Shown here in pieces: positions 1-8,416 of a DNA stretch of 32,000 nt (positions are counted from its first letter, which is position 1; every line of letters begins with the position of its first letter). The position numbers and the translations under genes are program-made. This DNA comes from Deinococcus radiodurans R1 = ATCC 13939 = DSM 20539 (lineage in GTDB: Bacteria > Deinococcota > Deinococci > Deinococcales > Deinococcaceae), in the NCBI RefSeq assembly GCF_000008565.1, contig NC_001263.1, positions 885,776 to 917,775 on the forward strand, written 5' to 3'. A model generated the notes under the pieces. That model saw only the letters and a list, made by a program, of their open reading frames with translations. It searched no databases and was not told the DNA's origin.

Positions 1-691
<691 letters not shown>

Positions 692-754
692 CTGTGGCTC
701 GAAAAGCTCGTCTCCGACTGAAAATCGGAGCAAGCTTGAGGTCTGGTTTCACGT

Positions 755-779
755 CAAAAGAAGCGCAGAGCACCGCTTC
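755..779 (-). terminator. Terminator downstream of the 795-1526 gene
   Basis: Minus-strand hairpin GAAGCG-N8-CGCTTC followed by TTTTG. Confidence 0.5.
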
Positions 780-794
780 AGCCCAGAGAATCCC

Positions 795-1526
795 TCAGCG
801 CAGCGGAGCTGTCTTCCACTCCGTCGGCTCCTGCTGGGGCGTAAAGGCTTTGCTGACTCCCTGGGCAGAGATACGGCGAAAGGGGTCCACGCCGTCACAG
901 CGACCGCTCAGGCTCTGCTTGGTAAAAGTCGGTCTGGCTCCCGGCAGGACACGGATGACCTGGCTTGTCCAGCCGGCGGTGCCCATGTTGCCGCAGTCGT
1001 TGTAGTTCACCTTCTCGAGCATCAGAAAACGTCTGCTGGGACGCAGTTCTGCCACCGCCAGATAATCGTAGGCGGTGCCTTGACCTTCCAGGTGGCGCAG
1101 CAAGCCCAGTTCGGAAGAGCCGTTCCGGTTGATGTCCTTGAGGCTGTACAGCTCGGTGAAGTGGTCCTTGAAGACGTAGTGAGCCACCACCTGCTGGCCC
1201 TGCATGATGACCAGACCCTGGCGGCTGACATTGGGAATTTCAAAGCAGGACGTGTACAGATACGCTGTTTGCCGGGTGTTGGGCGCCGTGAACGCTCCGG
1301 CAGCCGCGCCGTTGATGTTGAGGTCCTGGTCAACACAAGAAGCGTCGCGGCCCCAGAGCTGAGCTTGGTCGGCTCGACGTGCCAGCGCGCGAATCTGCTG
1401 CCACACCTTTTCCTGAAGCTGTGGCGCTGGCGTGGGAACACGCACGTCGTACAGCACGCGGGACTGAGCGGCAGCGACGCCGGGCAGACTCAAGAGCAGG
1501 GCGCAGGTCCAAGTCATGAATTTCAT
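795..1526 (-). CDS. Secreted hypothetical protein (243 aa)
   Basis: ORF-track protein with an N-terminal signal peptide, MKFMTWTCALLLSLPGVAAAQS. TACGCT lies 6 nt upstream of the ATG. It is followed by a terminator. No recognisable domain. Confidence 0.7.
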   Translation of the reverse strand: MKFMTWTCALLLSLPGVAAAQSRVLYDVRVPTPAPQLQEKVWQQIRALARRADQAQLWGRDASCVDQDLNINGAAAGAFTAPNTRQTAYLYTSCFEIPNVSRQGLVIMQGQQVVAHYVFKDHFTELYSLKDINRNGSSELGLLRHLEGQGTAYDYLAVAELRPSRRFLMLEKVNYNDCGNMGTAGWTSQVIRVLPGARPTFTKQSLSGRCDGVDPFRRISAQGVSKAFTPQQEPTEWKTAPLR

Positions 1527-1677
1527 GGGCGGAGCGTACTGGCCGAAGTCTTGAAGGCATCTGACAAAAAGTTTTTGAGGTACGCGGTTTCCTTCTTAAC
1601 CCCGTGTCCTGGCGCACGCCGCCCCGGTGCCAAAACGTCACGAAAGTTGCTGCTCCATTGCCGAGGCTGAAGGCCAG

Positions 1678-3054
1678 CTAGACGGGCGCCCCAACAGGCT
1701 CAGGCAGCGGCGGCAACGTCCGTCCTTCGACCCACACCCGCAGCGTCTGTTCGGCCTCCGCCCCCAATTGTGTTTTCACCAATGTCAGCAGTGCCGTCGT
1801 CGAAACTGGGCGGCCTGTAAAGGTCTTCACGTAGCTGTGCAGGAATTGCCCGAACGCCGCGTCGCCCACCTTCAGCCGCAGGGCGTGCAGGGCCAGTGCG
1901 CCGCGAAAATAGGCGCTGGCATCGAAGATTTCTTCTTCACGGGTGGCGCGCAGCGGGCGGCTGGGCAGGACCGACAGCCGCGCGTACCAGTCGGCGGCCA
2001 TCGCCTGACCGTCTTCACCCTGGCTCTCGGCCCACAGCAGCTCGGCGTAGGTGGCAAAGCCTTCGCTCAGCCAGGTGTCGGCCCAGTCGGCCAGCGTCAC
2101 CTGGTCGCCGAACCACTGGTGCGCCAGCTCGTGCAGCCGGACCCGCTCGCGGTTGGAAGTGGCAGGCATGGTGGTCAGGCCCGCCGTTTCCAGCGCCAGT
2201 TGCCGCACCGGCAGCAGGGCGACGCCGTACACCTCGTCGGGGTAGGGGCCGAACCAGTCGCTCAGCACCCGCAGCATCCGCGCCGTTTCGCCCTCGGGAA
2301 CCGTCGTCCCAGCGGGCAATCCCGCCGCGTAGATGTCCCGGCGGTGCACCGTCTGGGTGCCGAGCTGCACGTCCGGTGCGGTGCGCCGTTCCAGTGGCCC
2401 GACAATCAGCCCCAGCGCATAGGTCGGCACTGGGACACGCTGGGTAAACGTCAGGGTCTTCAGGCCGTTGCGCTCTGTCTGCGTCGTGAACAGTCCACTG
2501 GCCGCCGCCGACGCGCTCGCCGGCACCGTGACCCGCACCGTGAAGGTCGCCGGGTCGGACGGGTGGTCATTGCACGGCAAAAAGCCCCGCGTGCCGTGCG
2601 GCTCACTGAGGCTGTAGCTCAGGCCCGCCTCGTTTTGCCAGCCGGGGCGGATGGGCAAACCGGGGTCGCCGCTGAGTTCCGGCGTACCCGCATAGATCAG
2701 CCGCAGGCGGCCCGTTTCGCCGGGGCGCAGCGGGCGCGGAAGCGTCACTTCCACCTTCTGCGCGGTCTGCACCCAGCGCACGCGTTGCCCGTTCCACTGC
2801 GCCGCGCTCACCCGTGGCCCCAGCAGGTCAAGAACGATGCGGGACAGCGGCTCGCGGGCACCGACGGTGAGGGTCACGTCGCCGCTGAGGTGCGGCTCGC
2901 CGGGACGCGGCACGGTCAGGTGTAGGTCATAGTGCTGCACGTCCAGCCCGCGCTGCCCGAGCGACGGGAAGATGGAATCGCCCACGCTCTGGCCCAGCGC
3001 CGCACCGCCGAGGGTGAGCGAGAGGGCGAGCCCCCGCAATAGGGCGCGTCTCAT
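1678..3054 (-). CDS. M1-family zinc metallopeptidase (aminopeptidase N-like), secreted
   Basis: Contains the HEXXH-X18-E motif (HELAHQWFGDQVTLADWADTWLSEGFATY) and an upstream PCNDHPSDPATF block. I chose the start at the internal ATG (3052-3054), which gives the signal peptide MRRALLRGLALSLTLGGAALGQS. The longer track ORF (to 3309) would overlap the NUDIX gene. Confidence 0.85.
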   Translation of the reverse strand: MRRALLRGLALSLTLGGAALGQSVGDSIFPSLGQRGLDVQHYDLHLTVPRPGEPHLSGDVTLTVGAREPLSRIVLDLLGPRVSAAQWNGQRVRWVQTAQKVEVTLPRPLRPGETGRLRLIYAGTPELSGDPGLPIRPGWQNEAGLSYSLSEPHGTRGFLPCNDHPSDPATFTVRVTVPASASAAASGLFTTQTERNGLKTLTFTQRVPVPTYALGLIVGPLERRTAPDVQLGTQTVHRRDIYAAGLPAGTTVPEGETARMLRVLSDWFGPYPDEVYGVALLPVRQLALETAGLTTMPATSNRERVRLHELAHQWFGDQVTLADWADTWLSEGFATYAELLWAESQGEDGQAMAADWYARLSVLPSRPLRATREEEIFDASAYFRGALALHALRLKVGDAAFGQFLHSYVKTFTGRPVSTTALLTLVKTQLGAEAEQTLRVWVEGRTLPPLPEPVGAPV

Positions 3055-3059
3055 ACGAA

Positions 3060-3091
3060 TTCCGACTGTGCTGGAATGGAGCGCAGTCCGT
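3060..3091. repeat. Solo 32-nt copy of the terminal hairpin of the SNR/MITE-like element at 21099-21250
   Basis: TTCCGACTGTGCTGGAATGGAGCGCAGTCCGT is identical to 21218-21249. It forms a 9-bp hairpin GACTGTGCT/AGCGCAGTC with loop GGAATGG. Confidence 0.7.
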
Positions 3092-3092
3092 C

Positions 3093-3566
3093 TCAAATCG
3101 GGTAGTACGCCCGCGCTTTGCCGGCGATGAAGTCGCGGGTGGGCAGCCAGATCAGCGGGTTGCGTTCCTCGCACTCGGGCGGCGGGCCGTAGCGCACCAG
3201 GCCCTCGACCTGCTCGAAGGGCACCCATTTCACGCCCACCACTTCGGGGTCGGTGGGGTCGAGTTCGCCATGAAACGCCGCCGTGAAGCGGGCAAAATTG
3301 GCAAAGCACTCGTTGCGGGTGCCGGTCAGCAGCTCGCCTTCGAGCAAGCTGACAAATTCGAGGTTGGTGACGTGCAGGCCGGTCTCGACCAGCACCTGCC
3401 GCACGGCGGCGTCGGCCAGCGTCTCGCTCGGCTGGGCCTTGCCGCCCGGCAGTCCATAGAAAATCGAGCCGTCGTCCATTCGTTCTTCGACCAGCAGCAG
3501 TTCTTCACCCCGCACCAGATAGACGTGGGCGGCCCGCTTGATCGGCAGCGTGCGCGAAAGATTCAT
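3093..3566 (-). CDS. NUDIX hydrolase
   Basis: Nudix box GGKAQPSETLADAAVRQVLVETG (GX5EX7REUXEEXGU-like). TATGCT lies 8 nt upstream of the ATG. Confidence 0.85.
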   Translation of the reverse strand: MNLSRTLPIKRAAHVYLVRGEELLLVEERMDDGSIFYGLPGGKAQPSETLADAAVRQVLVETGLHVTNLEFVSLLEGELLTGTRNECFANFARFTAAFHGELDPTDPEVVGVKWVPFEQVEGLVRYGPPPECEERNPLIWLPTRDFIAGKARAYYPI

Positions 3567-3688
3567 CTGCGGGCAGCATAGCGCGGGCCTCCGCTGCGCC
3601 GCGCCCGGTGACGCACAAGGGAATGTGCCCGGAAGATTCTCAAGGTGCGGCTCAGCCCCGCGTCCCTGGTGCGCTTTAGAGTGCCCCC

Positions 3689-4033
3689 ATGACCCGCAAC
3701 GACAAAAGCGACGAACAGCACCTGAACGCCGAGCAGTTGGAGCAAGAAGTAACTGGCGAAGTGGTGGACGAGGGCACCACCGGCGAACTGCTCAACGACA
3801 AGATGAGCGCCGAGGACATCCTGCGCGAGAACGCCGACGAGAGCGGCAACGTCAACGATCAGCCCGGTTTCGACGACGGGCGGCTGGGTGGCAGCGACGG
3901 CGAAGACCGTCAGGGCGAACCCAATAACCGCCTCGGCAGTGACCTCGGCGGCGAAGCCGAGGGCGGTGCGGGCACGGGCCGCAGCGGCGGCGTGGACGGC
4001 GGCCCGGAGCGCAAGACGCCGCTGCCGGGGTAA
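3689..4033 (+). CDS. Acidic, low-complexity hypothetical protein (114 aa)
   Basis: The ORF is D/E/G-rich with GC-rich third codon positions. TAGAGT lies 6 nt upstream of the ATG, and a terminator follows. No domain recognised. Confidence 0.55.
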   Translation: MTRNDKSDEQHLNAEQLEQEVTGEVVDEGTTGELLNDKMSAEDILRENADESGNVNDQPGFDDGRLGGSDGEDRQGEPNNRLGSDLGGEAEGGAGTGRSGGVDGGPERKTPLPG

Positions 4034-4050
4034 GGGGAGAAAGCAATAGG

Positions 4051-4084
4051 GAAAGGGCCTCAGCGATTGCTCAGGCCCCTTTTC
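4051..4084. terminator. Bidirectional terminator between convergent genes
   Basis: GGGCCTCAGC (4055-4064) pairs with GCTCAGGCCC (4069-4078), with 1 mismatch and loop GATT. It is flanked by AAA on the left and CTTTT on the right. Confidence 0.6.
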
Positions 4085-4099
4085 CCTTGCCTATTTTCT

Positions 4100-4642
4100 T
4101 TACTTGTCGCCCTCCATAAACAGCGGCAGGTGCCCAAGCGAGGTCACTTCCGGGCGTTCCTGGCCCTCGGTGAACACGGCGACGACGGCGGCGACCTGCG
4201 CCCCCACCTCGTCCAGAATCTCGGTGATGGAGTGCAGAGTGCCGCCGCTCGACACCACGTCGTCCACGATGGCGACCCGCTTGCCGCGCAGCTTTTCCAC
4301 GTCGAAGCCGTCGAGCACCAGCAGTTGCGGCTTGCCGGTGGTGATGCTGACCACCTCGCGGGCGATGGGGTTATGCATATAGGGCTTCTGGGTCTTGCGA
4401 ATCACGATGTAGGGCTTGCCCGACTCGCGGCTGATGACGTGCGCGAGCGACACGGCCTTGACCTCGGGGGTGACGAGCATGTCCACGTCACCCGGCAGCC
4501 GCGCCGCGAGCGCCTTGCCCGCCGCCTCGGTCACTTCGGTGTCGCCGAGCATGTTGAACAGGGCCACCCGGGCGCCGCCGGGCACTTCCATCAGCGGCAG
4601 TTCGCGCGTCACGTCGCCCACTTGTACGGTGTAGGTCTTCAC
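4100..4642 (-). CDS. Type I phosphoribosyltransferase (adenine/purine PRTase-like)
   Basis: PRPP-binding motif [16 protein letters not shown] start with TACACT 6 nt upstream. Confidence 0.85.
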   Translation of the reverse strand: MKTYTVQVGDVTRELPLMEVPGGARVALFNMLGDTEVTEAAGKALAARLPGDVDMLVTPEVKAVSLAHVISRESGKPYIVIRKTQKPYMHNPIAREVVSITTGKPQLLVLDGFDVEKLRGKRVAIVDDVVSSGGTLHSITEILDEVGAQVAAVVAVFTEGQERPEVTSLGHLPLFMEGDK

Positions 4643-4648
4643 CGGGCA

Positions 4649-4688
4649 AGTGTAGCGCCGTGCCCGCGCCGCGCGCCTCCGCTACACT
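4649..4688. promoter_or_regulatory. Back-to-back divergent -10 elements (TACACT on each strand)
   Basis: AGTGTA (4649-4654, minus-strand TACACT serving the PRTase gene) and TACACT (4683-4688, plus strand, facing the mrp operon) form an inverted repeat AGTGTAGCG...CGCTACACT. Confidence 0.4.
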
Positions 4689-4885
4689 CGGGGTCGGTCG
4701 GCTGCCCTTGCCCCGCGCGCTGGGGCCAGCCGAGGAACCCCGGGAACCGGAGGGGGACGGTTCCGAAGTCCCGTGAACACAGTCGTGGGAAGCCTGATCC
4801 TGCGGGCTGTCCCTGCCCTTTGTTCCCAGTCAATGCGGCACGTTCCGGCGCTGGCCTGCGCCGCCCGTGCTGTGATGGAGGCCCG

Positions 4886-4990
4886 ATGCCCGAACCCAGC
4901 CTGAATCAACCCAGTCTGCACAAACTCAGTCTGCCCCCACCCTGCCTGATGGCCCTGTTGCCGCCTGAGCGCGCCGGAGGCCGTCCGTGA
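4886..4990 (+). other. Candidate 34-codon leader uORF, translationally coupled to mrpA
   Basis: GGAGG (4877-4881) lies 4 nt before the ATG at 4886. The peptide is MPEPSLNQPSLHKLSLPPPCLMALLPPERAGGRP. Its stop TGA (4988-4990) overlaps the mrpA GTG (4987) as GTGA. Third-position GC is lower than in neighbouring genes, so coding status is uncertain. Confidence 0.3.
4895..4954 (+). repeat. Four imperfect tandem 15-nt repeats in the mrp leader
   Basis: CCCAGCCTGAATCAA / CCCAGTCTGCACAAA / CTCAGTCTGCCCCCA / CCCTGCCTGATGGCC. The shared core is C-N-C-(A/T)-G-Y-CTG at a strict 15-nt period. Confidence 0.6.
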
Positions 4991-7431
4991 CCCTCGCCGT
5001 CCTGTTTCCCTTTCTGATGGCCGCTGTGTGTGCCCTACTTGGGCCTCAACTGGGGCGGCGCACCGGGTACTTTGCCGCCGCCGGGTTTCTGCCCGCGCTG
5101 GCGCTGATTCCGCGTCTGTTCGCCCTGCCTGCCGCCGCGCCCGTGAGCGAGGTGACGCGCTGGGTGCCCGAACTGGGGCTGAATCTGGTGTTCCGGGGCG
5201 ACGGCTTTTCGCTGCTGTTCGCCGCCCTGATCGGGGTGATCGGTACCCTCGCCACGCTGTACTCGGTGGCTTACCTGTCGGCGGGCGAGAAGTTCGGACG
5301 CTTTTACCCGTACCTGCTCTGCTTCGGCGGCTCCATGCTGGGGCTGGTGCTCAGCGACAACCTCGTGGCGCTGTTCGGCTTCTGGGAAATGACCAGCGTG
5401 ACCAGCTTTCTGCTCATCGGGCTGTGGCACACCCGCAGCGCGGCGCGCGACGGAGCGGTCAAGGCGTTTCTGATTTCGGCGCTCGGCGGGCTGGGGCTGC
5501 TCGCCGCCGCCGCCATGCTGTCTATCGCCGGGGGGAGCCCCAACCTTTCGCAGCTCGACCTCGGCGCCGTGCGCGCCTCGCCGCTGTTCGTGCCCGCGCT
5601 GCTGTGCACGCTGCTGGCGGCCTTCACCAAGTCGGCGCAGCTTCCCTTTCACATCTGGCTACCCACGGCGATGGAAGCGCCCACACCCATCTCGGCCTTC
5701 TTGCACTCGGCCACCATGGTCAAGGCCGGGGTGGTGCTCGTCGCCAAATTCGGGCTGATTTTCGGCACGTCGGCGCTGTGGTCGGGCATCACCGTGCCGC
5801 TGGGGCTGCTGACGATGGTGTGGGGCTCGTGGCTGGCGCTGCGGCAGACCGATCTCAAGGCGCTGCTGGCGTACTCCACCGTCTCGCAGCTCGGGCTGCT
5901 GATGAGCCTCTACGGGCTGGCCGACGCGGGCGGGCGCTTTGCCGCCACCGCGCACCTGCTCAACCACGCGGCGTTCAAGGCGGCGCTGTTTTTCGTGGTG
6001 GGCATCATCGACCATGAAACCGGCACCCGTCAGATTCCCTACCTCCAGAACCTGCGGCGTCAGATGCCGGTGACCTTCGTCATCGCGCTGCTCGCCGCGC
6101 TGAGCATGGCCGGATTGCCGCCGCTGGGCGGGTTCGTGTCCAAAGAACTGTTTTACGAAAACATGCTCCGCGCCGGTCCCGGCTTCATCGCCGTGGCGGT
6201 CCTGGGCAGCGCCCTCACCCTCGCCTACAGCGCCCGGCTGCTGAGTATTTTCTTTGCCCCCCGCTCCGGGCTGACGCCCACGCGGCGCGAACTGCGGCAG
6301 GACGCACTCAAGGCGCACGTCCACGAGGCGCCGCTGGGCCTGACCCTGCCGGCGGGACTGCTGGCGGGCACGGCGCTCCTCTTCGGTCTGTGGCCGCACA
6401 CGGCAGAGGTGCTGACGCGCACTGCCGAGGCCGCGCTCAACTTCGGCGCCGTCCGTGAGCACCTCGCGCTGTGGCACGGCGTGACCCCGGCGCTGCTGCT
6501 CACAGGGCTGACCTGGCTGCTCGGCGGGCTGCTGGTGTGGCAGGCGCGGCCCTTTGCCGAGGTGCAAAGCCGCCTCACCCCGCGCTGGAACGCCAACACC
6601 GTCTATTACTCGCTGCTTCAGGGCCTCAACGTCCTGGCGAGTCGCCTGATCGCCCGCACCCAGGGTCTCGCGCTGCCCGACCAGATGCGGATTTCGCTGC
6701 TCGCCGCTGGCCTGATCGGCGGGTACGCGGTGTGGCGCTCGCCGCAGGTGTTTCACGGCATCGGCAGCGTGCCGCTCGGCATCGTGCCCATCGCGGTGCT
6801 GCTGGTCGGCGGGGCGGTGGGCGTGCTGCTCTCGAACAACCGCCTGACCGCCGTCATCGTGACCGGACTCACCGGCTTCGGCAGCGCCGCCGCGTTCCTC
6901 GCCCTGCGCGCCCCCGACCTCGCGCTCACGCAACTGCTGGTGGAAGCGGTCACGGTGATTCTCTTTCTGCTCGCCTTCCGCTACCTGCCGGGGGCACGCG
7001 ACCTGCCGCGTGCGCGGGGGCGGCTGGTGCTCGACGGGCTGCTCGCGGTGGCCGCCGGGGTGGGCGTCACGCTGCTGGTGCTGTCCAGCCTGCGTTTTCT
7101 GGCGACGCCGATTTCGCCGTGGTACCTCGTCAACTCGTATGCGGGCGGCGGCGGCAAAAACGCCGTGAACGTGCTGCTGGTGGACTTCCGCGGCTTCGAC
7201 ACCCTGGGCGAGATCCTGGTGGTGGCGATGGTCGCGCTGGCGGTCGCCGGCCTGACCCGGCTGGGCAAACCGGGCCGGCCCCGCACCGAGCGGCGGGGCG
7301 TGACCCCGTCAGGCGCTCCCATTCTCGTGCCGAAAACGCCCCCGAAAAGCGCGGAACTGCCGGAACCCCCGACGTCTCCAGAAGCCCCACCCCCAGAATC
7401 CCCAGCGCCCCGTGAAGGAGGCCAGGAATGA
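4987..7431 (+). CDS. mrpA: Mrp/Mnh cation:proton antiporter subunit A (NuoL-like, with a C-terminal MrpB-like domain)
   Basis: 814-aa polytopic protein with NuoL/ND5-type blocks (WEMTSVTSFLLIGLWH, LPFHIWLPTAMEAPTPISAFLHSATMVKAG). GTG start with GGAGG 6 nt upstream. First gene of an overlapping seven-gene set. Confidence 0.9.
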   Translation: MTLAVLFPFLMAAVCALLGPQLGRRTGYFAAAGFLPALALIPRLFALPAAAPVSEVTRWVPELGLNLVFRGDGFSLLFAALIGVIGTLATLYSVAYLSAGEKFGRFYPYLLCFGGSMLGLVLSDNLVALFGFWEMTSVTSFLLIGLWHTRSAARDGAVKAFLISALGGLGLLAAAAMLSIAGGSPNLSQLDLGAVRASPLFVPALLCTLLAAFTKSAQLPFHIWLPTAMEAPTPISAFLHSATMVKAGVVLVAKFGLIFGTSALWSGITVPLGLLTMVWGSWLALRQTDLKALLAYSTVSQLGLLMSLYGLADAGGRFAATAHLLNHAAFKAALFFVVGIIDHETGTRQIPYLQNLRRQMPVTFVIALLAALSMAGLPPLGGFVSKELFYENMLRAGPGFIAVAVLGSALTLAYSARLLSIFFAPRSGLTPTRRELRQDALKAHVHEAPLGLTLPAGLLAGTALLFGLWPHTAEVLTRTAEAALNFGAVREHLALWHGVTPALLLTGLTWLLGGLLVWQARPFAEVQSRLTPRWNANTVYYSLLQGLNVLASRLIARTQGLALPDQMRISLLAAGLIGGYAVWRSPQVFHGIGSVPLGIVPIAVLLVGGAVGVLLSNNRLTAVIVTGLTGFGSAAAFLALRAPDLALTQLLVEAVTVILFLLAFRYLPGARDLPRARGRLVLDGLLAVAAGVGVTLLVLSSLRFLATPISPWYLVNSYAGGGGKNAVNVLLVDFRGFDTLGEILVVAMVALAVAGLTRLGKPGRPRTERRGVTPSGAPILVPKTPPKSAELPEPPTSPEAPPPESPAPREGGQE

Positions 7432-7967
7432 GTCCGAAAAAGAAAAAGGCCCCCCGCGCCGCGTCCCGGCCCCAGGCGGCGACAGCGGGAAAGCCGCGTG
7501 AGGCGCTCGCCTCTGCTGCTCCGGCCTCCATCACCAGCGGCGACCCCATCCTGCGGACGGTGAGCCGGGCGGCCTTCGCCCTGATCATGATTTTTGCGCT
7601 GCTGCTGCTGTGGCGCGGGCACAACGCACCGGGGGGCGGGTTCATCGCGGGATTGATGACCGCCTGCGCGCTGATTTTGCACCGCATCGCCACCGGGGAA
7701 GACGCGCTGCGGACCGACCCCGCGCGGCTCATTCCCTGGGGCGCGGCGCTGTCGTTCGTGACCGGGTTGGTGCCTTACCTGCTGGGCCGGCCCTTCCTGA
7801 AAAGCGATTACGGCTACTTCACCACCGCGCTGACCGGCGAGTTCGAGTGGGCCACCGCCATGCTGTTCGACATCGGCGTGTTCGCGGTGGTGGTGGGCAG
7901 CACCATGCTCATCGTCGGCTCGCTGATTGACGTGCACCCCACCGAACTGGTCGAGGAGGACGAGTAA
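7428..7967 (+). CDS. mrpB: Mrp antiporter subunit B
   Basis: MnhB signature WRGHNAPGGGFIAGL. ATGA overlap with mrpA. Basic N-terminal extension MSPKKKKAPRAASRP. Confidence 0.85.
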   Translation: MSPKKKKAPRAASRPQAATAGKPREALASAAPASITSGDPILRTVSRAAFALIMIFALLLLWRGHNAPGGGFIAGLMTACALILHRIATGEDALRTDPARLIPWGAALSFVTGLVPYLLGRPFLKSDYGYFTTALTGEFEWATAMLFDIGVFAVVVGSTMLIVGSLIDVHPTELVEEDE

Positions 7968-8416
7968 TGGCGTCTCTCTTTGCGCTCATCATTGGGATTC
8001 TGGTCGGCAGCGGCGTGTTTTTGCTGCTCTCGCGCTCTGTCGTGCGGGTGGTGCTGGGGCTGGCGTTTATCGGCTACGGCGTCAACCTCGCCATCCTGAC
8101 GGTGGCGGGCCTGGAAAATAAGGCGCCGCCGCTGCTCACGTTGCCGGGGCCATATGTGGACCCGCTCCCGCAGGCGCTGATTCTGACCGCCATCGTCATC
8201 GGGTTCGCCACCACCGCGCTGCTGCTCACCGTGGCGCTGCGGGCGTATCAGGTGGCCGGGCACGAGGACGTGGAAGCCTTCGGCGACAATCTCGCCCGTG
8301 ACCCCGACGCCCCCGACGGCCTGGGCGCCGACCCCGAGCAGCAAAGTCCCGACTCGCCCGACTGGGAAGGGGAAGACGACCCTGCCGGCCCCGCGCTCAC
8401 TGGAGGCCGCGCGTGA
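7967..8416 (+). CDS. mrpC: Mrp antiporter subunit C (NuoK-like)
   Basis: Three-TM NuoK-like N-terminal domain. TAATG overlap with mrpB, preceded by GAGGAGG. Acidic C-terminal tail. Confidence 0.85.
   Translation: MASLFALIIGILVGSGVFLLLSRSVVRVVLGLAFIGYGVNLAILTVAGLENKAPPLLTLPGPYVDPLPQALILTAIVIGFATTALLLTVALRAYQVAGHEDVEAFGDNLARDPDAPDGLGADPEQQSPDSPDWEGEDDPAGPALTGGRA

Noticed and set aside
1627-2925. 432-aa plus-strand ORF (and nested ORFs 1896-2447, 2051-2245)
   Set aside because: It lies antisense to the M1 peptidase, which has an unmistakable HEXXH-X18-E motif. The product is Arg/Gly/Pro/Ala/Gln-rich with no motif, the typical high-GC shadow ORF.
4690-4886. Possible cobalamin, TPP or c-di-AMP (ydaO) riboswitch in the mrp leader
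   Set aside because: Fragments such as GGGAAGCC, CCTGATCC and GGAACCGG...CGGTTCC look superficially similar. However, I could not find the diagnostic cores (B12 box GCCACUG context, CUGAGA/ACCUGA of TPP, the paired ACGGGGA/GGUGAAUC blocks of ydaO). It is kept only as an unclassified structured leader.
5028-7937. Multiple long ORFs overlapping mrpA/mrpB in other frames or strands (5028-6017, 5035-5652, 5659-6933, 6471-7415, 6981-7937, 7130-7732)
   Set aside because: All are Arg/Gly/Ala/Pro-rich translations of the alternative frames of a clearly conserved NuoL-like membrane protein. They have no start signals or domains.
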